A stretch of 64,000 nucleotides of DNA, taken from Octopus sinensis (lineage: Eukaryota). The notes below the pieces were generated by a model. That model was given only the letters and a program-made list of their open reading frames with translations. It did not search any database and was not told the origin of the DNA. Shown here piece after piece: positions 23,683 to 35,830 of the stretch. Position 1 is the stretch's first letter. Each line of letters opens with the position of its first letter. The stretch lies in the NCBI RefSeq assembly GCF_006345805.1, contig NC_043000.1, positions 82,336,001-82,400,000 of the forward strand, read 5' to 3'. A program made the translations under genes and the position numbers.

Positions 23683-23872
23683 TGGTTTCAAATTTTGGCA
23701 CATGGCCAGCAATTTCGTGGGAGGGTGTAAGGCGATTACATCGATCTTAGTATTCAGCTGGTATTTATTTTCTTTTCTATTCTAGGCACAAGGCCCGAAA
23801 CGTTTTGATGGAGAGGGAGCCAGTTGATTAGATCGACCCCAGTACGGAACTGGTACTTATTTTATCGAACCC
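23683..23872 (-). mobile_element. Two SINE family A 3' fragments
   Basis: ggtttcaaattttggcacatggccagcaattt... and aggcacaaggcccgaaac...gatcgaccccagtac...ggtacttattttatcga. Confidence 0.78.
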
Positions 23873-24117
23873 GGCATGTACAACCATTTCTATTGTACAT
23901 TTAAGCTACATTTATAAATTTAGAACTACTCTGACATTGAATAAAAATACATTTTATTAATTAATTAGATAGTTGATTAATTAATCAATTAACTAATTAA
24001 TTCATTACAGGGTGGTAACTGTTAGAGTTAGTTGAGAGATAAACCAAATATTTAACAGTAAATACGTTCCGAGTTCAGATAACGGCGTCATTGACTTTAC
24101 TTCCATTGTAGCTGGTT

Positions 24118-24450
24118 GTAGGAGTGATGGTGCTGGTAGTGCTGGTCGGGAGTGATGTTTTAGGTGATGATGGTGGTTGTGGTAGATGTGGTGGTGGTGG
24201 GGGGGGTGATTTTGGTGGTGAAGGTGAGTTGAAGTTTGTGATGATGGCAGAGGTTGCGGTGTGGATGTTGGTGGTGATGATGTATGTGTATTTTGTTGTC
24301 ATCTTGAATTGTAACCGTATGGTGGCGGCGGCGCTGAACGCGGAGGCGGCGGCGACAGTGTTGATGGTGGTGGTGGTGGTGGTGGTGGTGGTGGCAGTTG
24401 TGATTGTGGTAGTGGTGCTGGTGGTAACGGTGCTATAATGGTGATGGAAG
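24118..24450. repeat. (GGT/GTG/GAT) low-complexity tract
   Basis: Seen directly. Confidence 0.85.
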
Positions 24451-25149
24451 ATGTCACAGTAAGGAAAATTGAATAGCTCTTTGTGAGGTTTGGGATGTGG
24501 AGTAGAAATTGTGCAAGGTGTGCAGTGAATGCGTCATTGGTGCATGCAGCAAATACTGCAGAGCGATAGTTGAACACACAGGATGCATTGTGCACTTGGC
24601 AGCAAAGAGATACATACGAGGGTTTATAGGTGGGGAGGGACAGGAGTGTGTCTGCACTGAGATAAACAGGGAGGGAGACAGTGAGAAACAGAGACAAATA
24701 GTATAGTCAATTATGCAGGTATATATGTATATATGCATGTTGTATACACACACACAAATTCTCTCTCTCACATACACGCATACATATATATATATATATA
24801 TATATAATATATATATATATATTATATATAGATAGATATATATGTGTGTGTGTGTGTGTGTATGTGTGTGTATATATATATATATGCATACACACACATG
24901 TATGTGTGTATGTGTGTTGTAAAATGGCTACATTTCTTTTGGTACAATATACACTTGTGGTTTTCTCTCTCTCTCCCATCTCTTTCTCTCCTCTCCTTCT
25001 CTCCCCCTCTGCCCCTCTCTCTCTCTCGCTCTCACTCTTTCTCTCTCTCTCTCTGTAGTTACTTACTACTATTGTTTCACATAAATAATATCCAGGAATC
25101 TTTCTCTAACTATTACGGAAGTTCACCGGAGATCAATGTGTCCAATCGA

Positions 25150-25260
25150 TCTTCGCCAATTTCTGACCCTCAGCTATACGGTATTCATATCCACTTTCCT
25201 CATGTCACGTTTAAAGGCATCCTCGCATTTTAATCGGAGTCTACTCCAATAACTGACGTT
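25150..25260 (-). mobile_element. Possible RTE 3' remnant
   Basis: Minus strand RLKCEDAFKRDMRKVDMNT resembles the RTE C-terminal RL.YKD..KRDM motif. Confidence 0.35.
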
Positions 25261-25499
25261 TATCACTCCATAGCTGTAAGCAGAATATTTATCTTGACAA
25301 CCGAAAATCCTCTATTCTTTCGGCATATAAAACCTGTGACGATTTCCTTCTAGCAATATCTTCGCCATGCTCTACAGCTGTATTAAGTGTCTCATAAACG
25401 CATGTTCTTTTTTGTTCTCTAGTTTGCAGCATAGCATCTATCCGAAGAAGACGGGACTGAAGAGTCCTCATCCGTCTTTAAGACTAGCAAGTTATTGCA

Positions 25500-25905
25500 A
25501 TCGACAGTTCAGTTACATTTTGTCCACCACTTCCAACCAACTCATCTGCCGTTCAAGAATTTAGACCTGGAAATCTCCATTTCCAGCGACTTCGAGGGCC
25601 ACCTCCCAGTGGTGTCGGGCATCAACGAAGAGCTCTTGACTACAACAAGACGACCAAAGTTTTTTTTCCCCAAGGTCTGGGGTCTGCCGCCCCTAAGCCC
25701 TAGACCATCACCTAATCACCCTTATCCGTCTTGTTGCTTAACAACAACCGACTCATCTCTCCTCCTTCCATCATTCCTTTCATTTCCAACGCATATGCCC
25801 CTTCATTAGTTACAACACCCGTCCCTACCTTCCCAGAACGTCAGCCCTCTGGAATCCTGTCTTGGTTCATGTGTTTCCTCTAGATGTTGACTTGTGAAGG
25901 TTCAT
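25500..25905 (+). mobile_element. CR1/Jockey-like LINE 3' remnant
   Basis: Reads ...YLPRTSALWNPV..HVFPLDVDL*RF, matching the RT..LWN.LP..VFP...L..FK terminal motif of CR1-type ORF2. Confidence 0.5.
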
Positions 25906-26211
25906 GAGTAACATTAATGGCATCAGTCTCTTGTTAGTTGTACTGTTACACTCTTCTCTTGGTTCTCTGAATTCAACAGAGTATAATCGATTCTTGAGAA
26001 CCCGAAAATAGTTCTGATGAGCTCGATGGTATTGCTAAAACTGTGAAGCAAGAATGGCTTTGTAAGTCCACCAGAATAAAATAGTAATCAAAGCGATCCA
26101 ATCCATAGATGAAAAATGGTTGAGAAACATTGTTCTAGTAAAACAACACTTTTACATTTCAAGGTTAACCTCGTAGGAGTGCATACACGGATTAACTTGC
26201 ATAGTATAGGT

Positions 26212-26608
26212 GCAGGAGTGGCTCTGTGGTAAGTAGCTTGCTTACCAACCACATAGTTCCGGGTTCAGTCCCACTGCGTGGCACCTTGGGCAAGTGTCTT
26301 TTACTTTAGCCTTGGGCCGACCAAAGCCTTGTGAGTGGATCTGGTAGACGGAAACTGAAAGAAGCCTGTCGTATATATATATATATATATGCGTGTGTAT
26401 ATGTTTGTGTGTGTGTGTGTCCAACATCGCTTGACAACCGATGCTGGTGTGTTTACGTCCCCGTAACTTAGCGGTTCAGCAAAAGAGACCGATAGAATAA
26501 GTACTAGGCTTACAAAGAATAAGTCCTGGACTCGATGTCTTCGACTAAAGGCGGTGCTCCAGCAGGACCGCATTCAAATGACTGAAACAAGTAAAAGAGT
26601 AAAAGAGT
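26212..26608 (+). mobile_element. SINE family B, full-length young copy with internal (TA)(TG) tract
   Basis: A-box-like tggctctgtgg, B-box-like ggttcagtccc, caccttgggcaagtgtc, 3' half ending (aaaagagt)2. Confidence 0.93.
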
Positions 26609-26766
26609 ATATCATTCCCACATTAACTTTCAAACCCATAATTCAGTTACTAACAGTGGGTGGTTCTGGGTTAATTTGGCCATAATACAACAAGTTATTA
26701 TTTTATGATTATGCTCTACAGCTGTGCTGTACCAAGTGTCTTATTATAAATGCATTTATGTTTTTT

Positions 26767-27155
26767 AGGCACAGGTGTAGCTGTATGGTAAAAAGTTTGT
26801 GTCCCAATCGCATGACTCCGGGTTCAGTCCCATTTCGTGGCACCTTGGGCAAGTGTCTTCAACTCGGGCTGACCAATGCCTTATGATTTGATAGGCGGAA
26901 ATTGAGAAGAAACCAGTCATGTGTGTGTGTGTGGGGGGGGGGGTGCTTGCCCCCCCCCCCGCACCACTTGACAACCGGTTGGTGTGTTTATGTCACCATA
27001 ACCTAGCGGTTCGGCCAAAGAGACCAATAGAGTAAGTACCAAGCTTAAAACAAAAGAAATAAGTACTGGCGTTTCATTCGCCAAAACAAATTCTTCATGT
27101 CGGTTCTCCAGCATGGCCGCAATCCAATTATTGAAGCAAGTTAAAAATAAAAGAA
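26767..27155 (+). mobile_element. SINE family B, diverged full copy
   Basis: Same architecture as 26212-26608. Confidence 0.85.
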
Positions 27156-27269
27156 GTCAATCTCGGATATATGACACTGCTTTGCAGGTCTCCCCAATTC
27201 AAATGAATGTAAACTCCATATTCACGATACTGTCAGAAGACTAGCTATATCAACATTGTATCTCTTCAA

Positions 27270-27680
27270 AAGCGGCGAGCTGGCAAAAACGTTAGCACAC
27301 CGGGCGAAATGTGTAGCCGTATTTCGTCTGCCGTTACGCTCTGAGTTCAAAATCTGCCGAGGTCGACTATGCCTTTCATCCTTTCGGGGTCGATAAATTA
27401 AGTACCAGTTATGCACTGGGGTCGATATAATCGACTTAATCCGTTTTTCTGTCCTTATTTGTCCTCTCTGTGTTTAGCCCCTTATGGGTAGTAAAGAAAT
27501 AGGTATTTCGTCTGTACTTACGTTCTGAGTTCAAATTCCGCCGAGCTCGACTTTGCCTTTCATCCCTTCGAGGTCGATAAATTATATACTTCTTGTGTAC
27601 CGGGGTCGGTCTAATCGACTGGCCTCCCATCCCCCAAAATTTCGAGCTGTGTGCCAAGAGTAGAAAAGAATATTTTATCT
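27270..27680 (+). mobile_element. SINE family A, head-to-tail dimer
   Basis: Full unit to ...aaagaaatag (about 27502), directly followed by a second core starting gtatttcgtctg and ending in a different tail cccccaaaatttcgag...agtagaaaaga. Confidence 0.88.
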
Positions 27681-27786
27681 ATTCAAATTCAAAGCCACGA
27701 CATACTTCACCTGTCCGTTTGAATCGAGTTTCCTGTCAAGCAACGTTCCAACATTTCACTGAGCAACATGAAATAATACCTATCAC

Positions 27787-28005
27787 TTTACTCTTTTACT
27801 ATTTTACTTGTTTCAGTCATTTGACTGCGGCCATGCTGGGGCACCGCCTTTTAGTTGAGCAAATCGACCCCAGGACTTATTCTTTGTAAGCCTAGTACTT
27901 ATTCTATCGGTCTCTTTTGCCGAACCGCTAAGTAACGGGGACGTAAACATGCCAGCATTGGTTGTCAAGCGATGTTGGGGGGAAAAACACAGACACAGAC
28001 ACACA

Positions 28006-28099
<94 letters not shown>

Positions 28100-28150
28100 G
28101 ACAGGCTTCTTTCAGTTTCCGTCTACCAAATCCACTCACAAGGCTTTCGT
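27787..28150 (-). mobile_element. SINE family B, missing the extreme 5' head
   Basis: Revcomp of 3' half, CA/TA tract and cgacaggcttctttcagtttccgtctaccaaatccactcacaaggc. Confidence 0.92.
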
Positions 28151-28497
28151 AAGCCGAACAGCAATCGAAAGAGTATACTTTTTACTTCCTGGTGTTATTT
28201 CATAAGACCGCCTGGAAACGATTAAGTGGTGCGAGCTTTTGCAGTTATTTGTAGACCTCTCCCAGTCTGCTGTAGTATAGAGAGTAGATAAGGATGGATT
28301 AAGATATACAGAATTTTACAGTCGGTGCAACAGCTGGCCAGTAGAATGCACTTTGTACCCAAATCATACTCCATACTAAGGAAGCTTGGTGGTGATGTCA
28401 CCGGTTTAATCGTCCGATCATGCACACGTTGAACTGGTTCACGTGATCCATCTATTTGTCAGTCTGCTGTCTCTTTGTTTGACTGCTTGTCGGTCTA

Positions 28498-28504
28498 TCT
28501 ATCC

Positions 28505-28594
<90 letters not shown>
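28498..28594. repeat. (TCTA)n microsatellite
   Basis: Seen directly. Confidence 0.97.
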
Positions 28595-28596
28595 TT

Positions 28597-28678
28597 GCAA
28601 AAGAATTCGGAAGGTTGAGCCTCTAACCAGGCTTTCACAATACCCTAAAAGCCAAGGACTTTCAGCACTCTCTCGTAT
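28597..28678 (-). mobile_element. Terminal fragment of the mariner MITE family seen at 2597
   Basis: Revcomp tacgagagagtgctgaaagtccttggcttttaggg...cctggttagaggctcaaccttccga matches 2595-2665. Confidence 0.75.
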
Positions 28679-28749
28679 TATATACTAACGTGTGTGCGAG
28701 TATGTATATACTTACAATCACATGCATCTCTCTCCCTGTCTAAACGATA

Positions 28750-28783
<34 letters not shown>

Positions 28784-28922
28784 CACGGATTTTTGTCAGC
28801 GAACAGGTCGCGGATTTTAGCGACGAAAATATTTTGACAAATTAAACTTAAATGTTGAAGTGAATCGAACGGCTTTTGTGTGTTTCTTAAATAGCTTACA
28901 AACACCTTCTACGCTGCAATTG

Positions 28923-29002
<80 letters not shown>

Positions 29003-29546
29003 TATATATATATAATATATATATACATATATATTCCGACTGCTACATTCAACGAGTCAACACAGTCTTCTCAATGCGTTCAAAATATTTTTCCATCGTC
29101 TCGGCTTAACCCCCATCATCTTTTGTTTTTACTGTGTTATTCTCCTTGTCCTGCCTTTTACTGTTTTTATTTGTATTGGTTTTACTGTCTTGTTTTGTTT
29201 TTACTGTCCTCTTCTTGTTACTACTTTTACCCTTCCGCAAAAAATCCCAAATTTTATTTAATTTGCTTTGCGGAAAGGACTGTTTCAACGAAGTCGCGTC
29301 GTGTCCTTACCTTCGAAAACGCGGAGTAGCCAAAACAGGGACAACTGAAGAAGAGAATATTCCTTGTGTTGTATGTCTTGTACTCTGTTTTATGTTGTTT
29401 GAAAAAAGTCCGTTTCTCATTGTGTTCAACATTTTTTTTTGTGTGTGTCCTGTACCCATATATGCATGTCATGTATAAATACATATAGATGCAGATATAT
29501 GTACATATATGTATGGATATATACATATGTTTGCACGCATTTTTTT

Positions 29547-29718
29547 TCTCTCCTTGTTTCTCTCCGTGTTTCTTTTCTGTGTATCTTTCTGTTGAAGAGC
29601 GTAGGCTCGAAACGTAAAAGACTTGTTTTATTTATATTCCTGAGCGCCATACTAATACAATTGTTTGTTTGTACTCCACCTGCCTTCGTCTTTTGTTTAT
29701 TTTCATAAAGCTTCCCGT

Positions 29719-29720
<2 letters not shown>
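29547..29720 (+). mobile_element. Family D short repeat with minimal hammerhead motif (motif 29584-29621)
   Basis: ucuuu CUGUUGA a GAGC guag GCUC GAAA CGUA|AAAGA: 5-bp stem I, 4-bp stem II, ACGU palindrome; siblings at about 31283 and 45890. Confidence 0.75.
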
Positions 29721-29807
<87 letters not shown>

Positions 29808-29913
29808 ATATATGCATGTGTGCATTTATAAATATAAAGATATACATATATGTATATAAACACACGTGCGCGCGAGATAGACAGACAGATAGATAGATAA
29901 ATAGACAGATAGG

Positions 29914-29993
<80 letters not shown>

Positions 29994-30115
29994 CAGACAG
30001 AGATGTATGAGTACATTTGTTTGAATTTCAATATTGTTGAAACGCCGTGCAGACACACATTTGCACTAAAACACATTTCTTCATTTCGACGCGCACACAC
30101 ACACACACACACACG

Positions 30116-30164
<49 letters not shown>

Positions 30165-30250
30165 GCACACATACACAGAGGCACACATACACACATCCGC
30201 ATGCACGTTCACACAGACACTCATATACATGCATAAACACACATACAAAT
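29721..30250. repeat. Compound (TA)n(TG)n(AGAT)n(CA)n microsatellites
   Basis: Seen directly. Confidence 0.95.
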
Positions 30251-30289
30251 AATAAGCACGCATGCACATACGCACACACAAACATTTCG

Positions 30290-30346
30290 TTTGTTTTCTT
30301 ACTGCTGTCAAATTTTTTCTCTTTCTCCTTTTCTCCCCCTCCCTGT

Positions 30347-30383
<37 letters not shown>

Positions 30384-30912
30384 TCCTATACCTTTCCTCC
30401 TCGCTCTGAATATTTTGACCTATTTCTCCTCCTTCTCCTCCTTCCTTTTATTATGCTGTCTCACGCTCTCTCATTGAGCCACTTTACTTCTCTTCCCCCT
30501 CACTGGCTTCTCTCCTCTTCCTCTCATTAACTCCATCTCTGAATACTTTTGTTTTCCTTTCTCCTTTATTTTCGTTCTCCTTCCCACTCCCATTTCATCT
30601 CCATCACTCTCACACTCATCTTTATCTATTCGCCCTCTTTCTCACTCCATCTGACTCTTTCTTTCACTCTCTCTCTCTTCACCTCTTTCATTCTTCCTTC
30701 CTCTCTATATCTCCCTGTTCGCTTTTCTTCGTCTCTCTTTTACACCCTCATCTCTTCCTGCCTTAGTTCCACTTTCCCCCTCGTTCTTTACAACCGACAC
30801 TTTATCCTCTCCCCCTCTTCAACCCTTCCATCTCTCCGCCACCTGCTTCTCTACTCCCTCTTTACTCCTATCTTACGCCAACGCTCTCTCTCTCTCTTTC
30901 TCTCTCTCTACC
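30290..30912. repeat. About 620-bp polypyrimidine (CT-rich) tract
   Basis: Seen directly; strongly C/T-biased plus strand. Confidence 0.9.
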
Positions 30913-31104
30913 CGATTCCTCATTACCCCTACCCCATCCACCGACCTTGACATAGTTCCTACATATCACCCATGTGTCACATTTGTATGACACATGCATG
31001 CATATGTGTCTGTATGCGCAAGAGCCTGGGCATATATGTAGTGTGCATGCGTGTAGATGGCTGTTCGTGTGCGTAGGAATGTGCATACATATATATTACT
31101 ATAC

Positions 31105-31254
31105 AGGCACAGCAGTGGCTGTGTGGTATGAAGCTTGGTTCTGAGTTCAGTCCCACTGTGTGGCACCTTGGGCAAGTGTCTTCTACTATATCCTCGGGCC
31201 GACCAAAGACTTGTAAGTGGATATGGTAGTTGGAAATTGAAAGAAGCCCGTCGC
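31105..31254 (+). mobile_element. SINE family B, 5' half
   Basis: gtggctgtgtggta...ttcagtcccactgtgtggcaccttgggcaagtgtcttctactata...gaaagaagcccgtcg. Confidence 0.88.
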
Positions 31255-31282
31255 CATGATAGATTAGTAGCCACTACTCACA

Positions 31283-31440
31283 TTTTTCTCTCCTTGTTTT
31301 TTTCTGTGTCCCTTTCTGTAGAAGAGCGTAGGCTCGAAACGTAAAATACTTTTTCAATTCCTGAGCGTTATACTAATACATCTGTTTGTTCTCTATACAA
31401 CCTGTTTTCGTCTTTTGCCTTTTTCGTGAACTCTCCCTAT
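31283..31440 (+). mobile_element. Family D copy with hammerhead motif (31313-31346)
   Basis: uuu CUGUAGA a GAGC guag GCUC GAAA CGUA|AAA. Confidence 0.75.
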
Positions 31441-31658
31441 ACATATATATATATATATATGGCCACTCACTCGTATGTATGAGTGTGTGTCTGTGTTTGT
31501 GTGTATGTGCGCGCGCGCGTGTGTGTGCGTGTGTGTGTGTGTGTGTGGATTAAAACAGTTTTATTCAGAATCAAACTCTTTTGATCCAGACATGTAACTC
31601 CCAATTAACTGGTTGAGTACCTTTCTTTCATTTATCCTCTCGTATATATATATATATA

Positions 31659-31865
31659 TTCTTTTATCCTTTTATTTTGTTTCCGTGATTTGACTGCGGC
31701 CATGTTGGAGCATTGCCTTTTAGTCGAGCAAATCCGCCCCAGGGTTTATTCTTTGTAAGCTTGGTACTTATTCTATGGGTCTCTTTGGCGGAAACGCTAA
31801 GTTACGGGAATATAAACAGACCAACATTGATCGTCAAGTGACGGTGGGGGGACAAACACAGACAC
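31659..31865 (-). mobile_element. SINE family B, 3' half
   Basis: atttgactgcggccatgttggagc...gctaagttacggg. Confidence 0.85.
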
Positions 31866-31900
31866 AAAGACCATACACATAAATATATATATACATATAC

Positions 31901-31933
<33 letters not shown>

Positions 31934-32029
31934 ATATATATATAGGAGATAAATAAAAATATATGCATACATACAAACATATATGTACGTACCTACTCTA
32001 CATGTATATATACATGCATATATAAATAA

Positions 32030-32430
32030 TTATACGGGAGTACAGGACATCACAATAAGACGTAGAAACGGAAAAAACCAAAAAACAAAAAACAAGAAAA
32101 CGGAAAACGAAAACAAGAAAACGAAAAACAAATACAGGACGAGCTACCAAGGACAAAACCCCCGTCATCAGCTGTCGCTAGAGGAGTCAGGCATGTTTCG
32201 AAGGCAAGACGAACACTAATCCAATGGGCCTTCCTGCGAGAGAATTAAAATAAAATTCCAGGCAGCGGGGCAAAATGAGTACGAACACAAACAAGACGTA
32301 ACAATAAAACTGCAAAATTAAAATACATGTACAAAAACAAACACACAAGAAGACGAACGAAAAAGCCTTTTTTCTGGCATAGACAAACAATAAAACTGCA
32401 AAAATAAAAATACATGTACAAAAAATACAA
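32030..32430 (-). repeat. Unclassified repeat, distantly similar to about 29100-29420
   Basis: Shared order aattttatt..aatt...gc.g.aagg...gtc.tt.ccttcgaaa...gaca.ctga.ga. Confidence 0.4.
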
Positions 32431-32450
32431 TTAGATATATATATATATAC

Positions 32451-32608
32451 GACGGACTTCTTTAAGTTCCCGTCTACCATATCAACCCACAAGGCTTTGG
32501 TCGGCCTGTGGCTATTGTGCAAGACACTTGCCCAAGGGGCTATGCAGTGGGACTGAACCCAGAGCCATGTGGTTGGGAAGCAAGTTTCTTACCACACAGC
32601 CACGCCTT
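32451..32608 (-). mobile_element. SINE family B, 5' half
   Basis: cacaaggctttggtcggcc...gacacttgcccaagg...cagtgggactgaaccc...ccacacagccac. Confidence 0.88.
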
Positions 32609-32622
32609 CACCTATATATACA

Positions 32623-32674
<52 letters not shown>

Positions 32675-32728
32675 TATGTATATATTATATATATATAATA
32701 TATCTATATATATATAATATATATATAT

Positions 32729-32759
<31 letters not shown>

Positions 32760-32763
32760 TATA

Positions 32764-32838
<75 letters not shown>

Positions 32839-33639
32839 CATAGATGCATACATAGATATATATGTATATTATGGTTATGGCTTCGATACCTGTGCAGTAC
32901 CATTCAATCCAGCTGTGTCAACACTAAAATAAGTGTTGTTTCGGAACAAACATACTAAAGAAACCATAACTTTCAAACACTCTATGTACAACAGTATCGG
33001 TATCGGTAAATAAATTATGTAAGTAAATCTATAACGAACTCCTAAATATGTAACTAAACAGCGACCAAACCTTTAAGTCATACAAAAAATATTCCCTACA
33101 GTCTTCCATAGTATAATATAAAAGTGAAAGCTTAATAGCCACATTCATTCAATCTAAATATAGGCAGGATTAAACACTAACTTTAAAATTAAACTACAAC
33201 AAAGAAACACATAAATCTATGGACATCTGTATCGGCATTAATAGCAAACCTATGTGTGTGCGTGTGCCTGTCTGTATAAGTACTAGGCTTTAAAAAATAA
33301 GCTCTGTGGTCGATTTCTTCCATTAAAATCCTTCAAGGCAGTGCTCCAGCATGGCCGCAGTCAAATGATTGAAACAAAAAAAGGTGATAAAGAATAAAAG
33401 AATATATGAATGTCACTATGAATATACGAATATTTTTAACGTGGATACTGTCAGTTAGTCATGGAGAAACTGCGGCCCGCGGGACTTCCTGAATGGCATA
33501 ACGAAAAATTACCTGCAATTTCTTTAGTAGTGCGAGTTGCCTGCGGGTGAACCATGACCCGTGCACACATACACCTATATACATGTACACGCGCGCACAT
33601 ATATACGTATACATGTGCACACACATAGATACAAATACA

Positions 33640-33670
<31 letters not shown>

Positions 33671-33996
33671 TGTGTGTGTGTGTGTGTGTGTGTGCGTGTT
33701 TTATATGCATGTATATAGGTGCAAGCGTGGCATCTTGGCCAAGTGTCTTCTGCTATAGATCTGGACCAACCAAAGCCCCGTGAGTGGATTTGGCAGACGG
33801 AAACTAAAAGAATCCCACCGTATATATATATATATCGAATAAGAATACAAATGGATTAAAGGTTCACTACAGCTGTTTCCGGCGCATCTTTTATTGATGA
33901 ATAATTCAATGACGTCATGAAAAAACAGTTTACTTCAGGTAAATTAAAAATGTTAAATGTGGTTCGGAAAAAAATACTAAGATGTGGAATGGGGAC

Positions 33997-34043
<47 letters not shown>

Positions 34044-34151
34044 GTGTGTGTATGTGTGTGTGTGTGTGTGTGTCTCTGTGTATGTGTGTGTGTAATGTAT
34101 GTATGTATGTATGTATGTATGTTTGTATGTATGTATATGTGTTAGTACTTT

Positions 34152-34356
34152 GTGTATGTGTCTGTCCCCCACCACCGCCTAATTACCGGTGTTGGTGTGT
34201 TCATGTCTCCGTAACTTAGCAGTTCGTTAAAAATATACTGATAGAACAAATACCAGATTGTATATATGATTAGTGTCGATTTGTCCGATAAAACTCTTCG
34301 AGGTGATGCCCCAGTATGGCCGCAGTCTAATGACTAAAACAAGTAAAAGTTAAAAT
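34152..34356 (+). mobile_element. SINE family B, 3' half
   Basis: gtaacttagcagttc...ccagtatggccgcagtctaatgactaaaacaagtaaaag. Confidence 0.82.
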
Positions 34357-34380
34357 ATTTAAAAAAATACATACGTATGT

Positions 34381-34754
34381 ATTCTTTTACTTGTTTCGGT
34401 CATTTGACTGTGTCCATGCTGTAGCACCGCCTTTAGTCTAACAAATCGACCCCAGGACTTATTCTTTGTTAGCCTAGTACTTATTCTATCGGGGTCTTTT
34501 GCCGAACCGCTATGTTACGGGGACGTAAACACACCAGCATCGGTTGTCAAGTGAGGTTGGAGGGGATACAAACATGCACACGTATATATACATATACGAC
34601 AGGCTTCTTTCAGTGTCCACCAAATCCACTCACAAGGCTTTGGTCGGCCCGCGGCTATAGTAGAAGACACTTGCCCAAGGTGCCAGGCAGTGGGACTGAA
34701 CCCGGAACCATGTGGTTGGTAAGCAAGATACTTACCACACAGCCACTCCTACGC
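34381..34754 (-). mobile_element. SINE family B, full copy with very short internal tract
   Basis: Revcomp of the complete consensus from gcgtaggagtggctgtgtgg to aagtaaaagaat. Confidence 0.93.
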
Positions 34755-35409
34755 CTCCCTATCCCACATCTTTCCCCCTCATACCTCACCCCTATCCAAC
34801 ACCCCTTCCTCCCTCCTCCACATACCTCACCTCTAACCCCACCCTCCACCTACCCACAACCCCCACTCTACCCCAACCTCCAGCCGAACCCACACCTCAC
34901 CTGTGCTTTCCCCACTCTCGCCTCCCCCACCTCCTCACAACATCACACCACACTACACTACACCATACAACGTTACACATCACATCACAACACACCACCC
35001 ACACATACATACACACACACGTCCAGACCACCAGCCCTCTTTCACACGCACATACATACTCTCTTATACACACACGCACCTTTGTGTTGGGGGGCTCCTT
35101 CGTATTGGAAGTCACTTGACCCTGTTATCTCCCCTACTGTCCCTCTCGCGTCTGACCATTCTGTACGAGTTGGGCATTGCCCCGACGGGCTTAGTCGAAC
35201 GGATTGAGCTCAGTACTTACTTTCTAGGCCAGGTACTTAATTTATCGCCCATTTTTGCCGAACTGCTAAGTTACAAGAACGTAAAGAAACCTTCAAACGA
35301 TGGATACAAACAAAAACATGTTCACACGTAGATAGATAGATAGATAGATACATACATACATATATACATACATACATACATACATACATACACATATACA
35401 TGCATACAT

Positions 35410-35442
<33 letters not shown>

Positions 35443-35537
35443 TACATGCATGCATACATACATACATACATGCATACATACATACATACATGCATGCATG
35501 CATACATACATACATACATACATATGTGTGCACGTGT

Positions 35538-35700
35538 GAAGGCGTGTGACTGAGTAGTCCTCCACCGGGCAATGCGCTGCGTTCTTGAGCAATAAACTTT
35601 ATTTTGCGTTGTTCCAGTTCACTTAGTTGACAAGGAGTAATCTTGCAACGAACCAGCATATATCTACCAGTATATATCAACCCCACCAGCATAGGGTAGA
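35538..35700 (+). mobile_element. SINE family G-like fragment
   Basis: gcgttcttgagcaataaactttattttgcgttgttccagttcact resembles the body of the 61702 copy. Confidence 0.45.
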
Positions 35701-35799
35701 TATATACGCCTCAGAATTCGGGAAATCGGTCTAATAAGCGACTGGATAAGAAAGGACTTTTGATCATTTTGGCATATATATATATATATATATATTATA

Positions 35800-35830
<31 letters not shown>

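Noticed and set aside
26012-26045. CTGATGA-GC...GC-TAAAAC hammerhead-like string
   Set aside because: GAAA box absent (TAAA) and stem II only 2 bp
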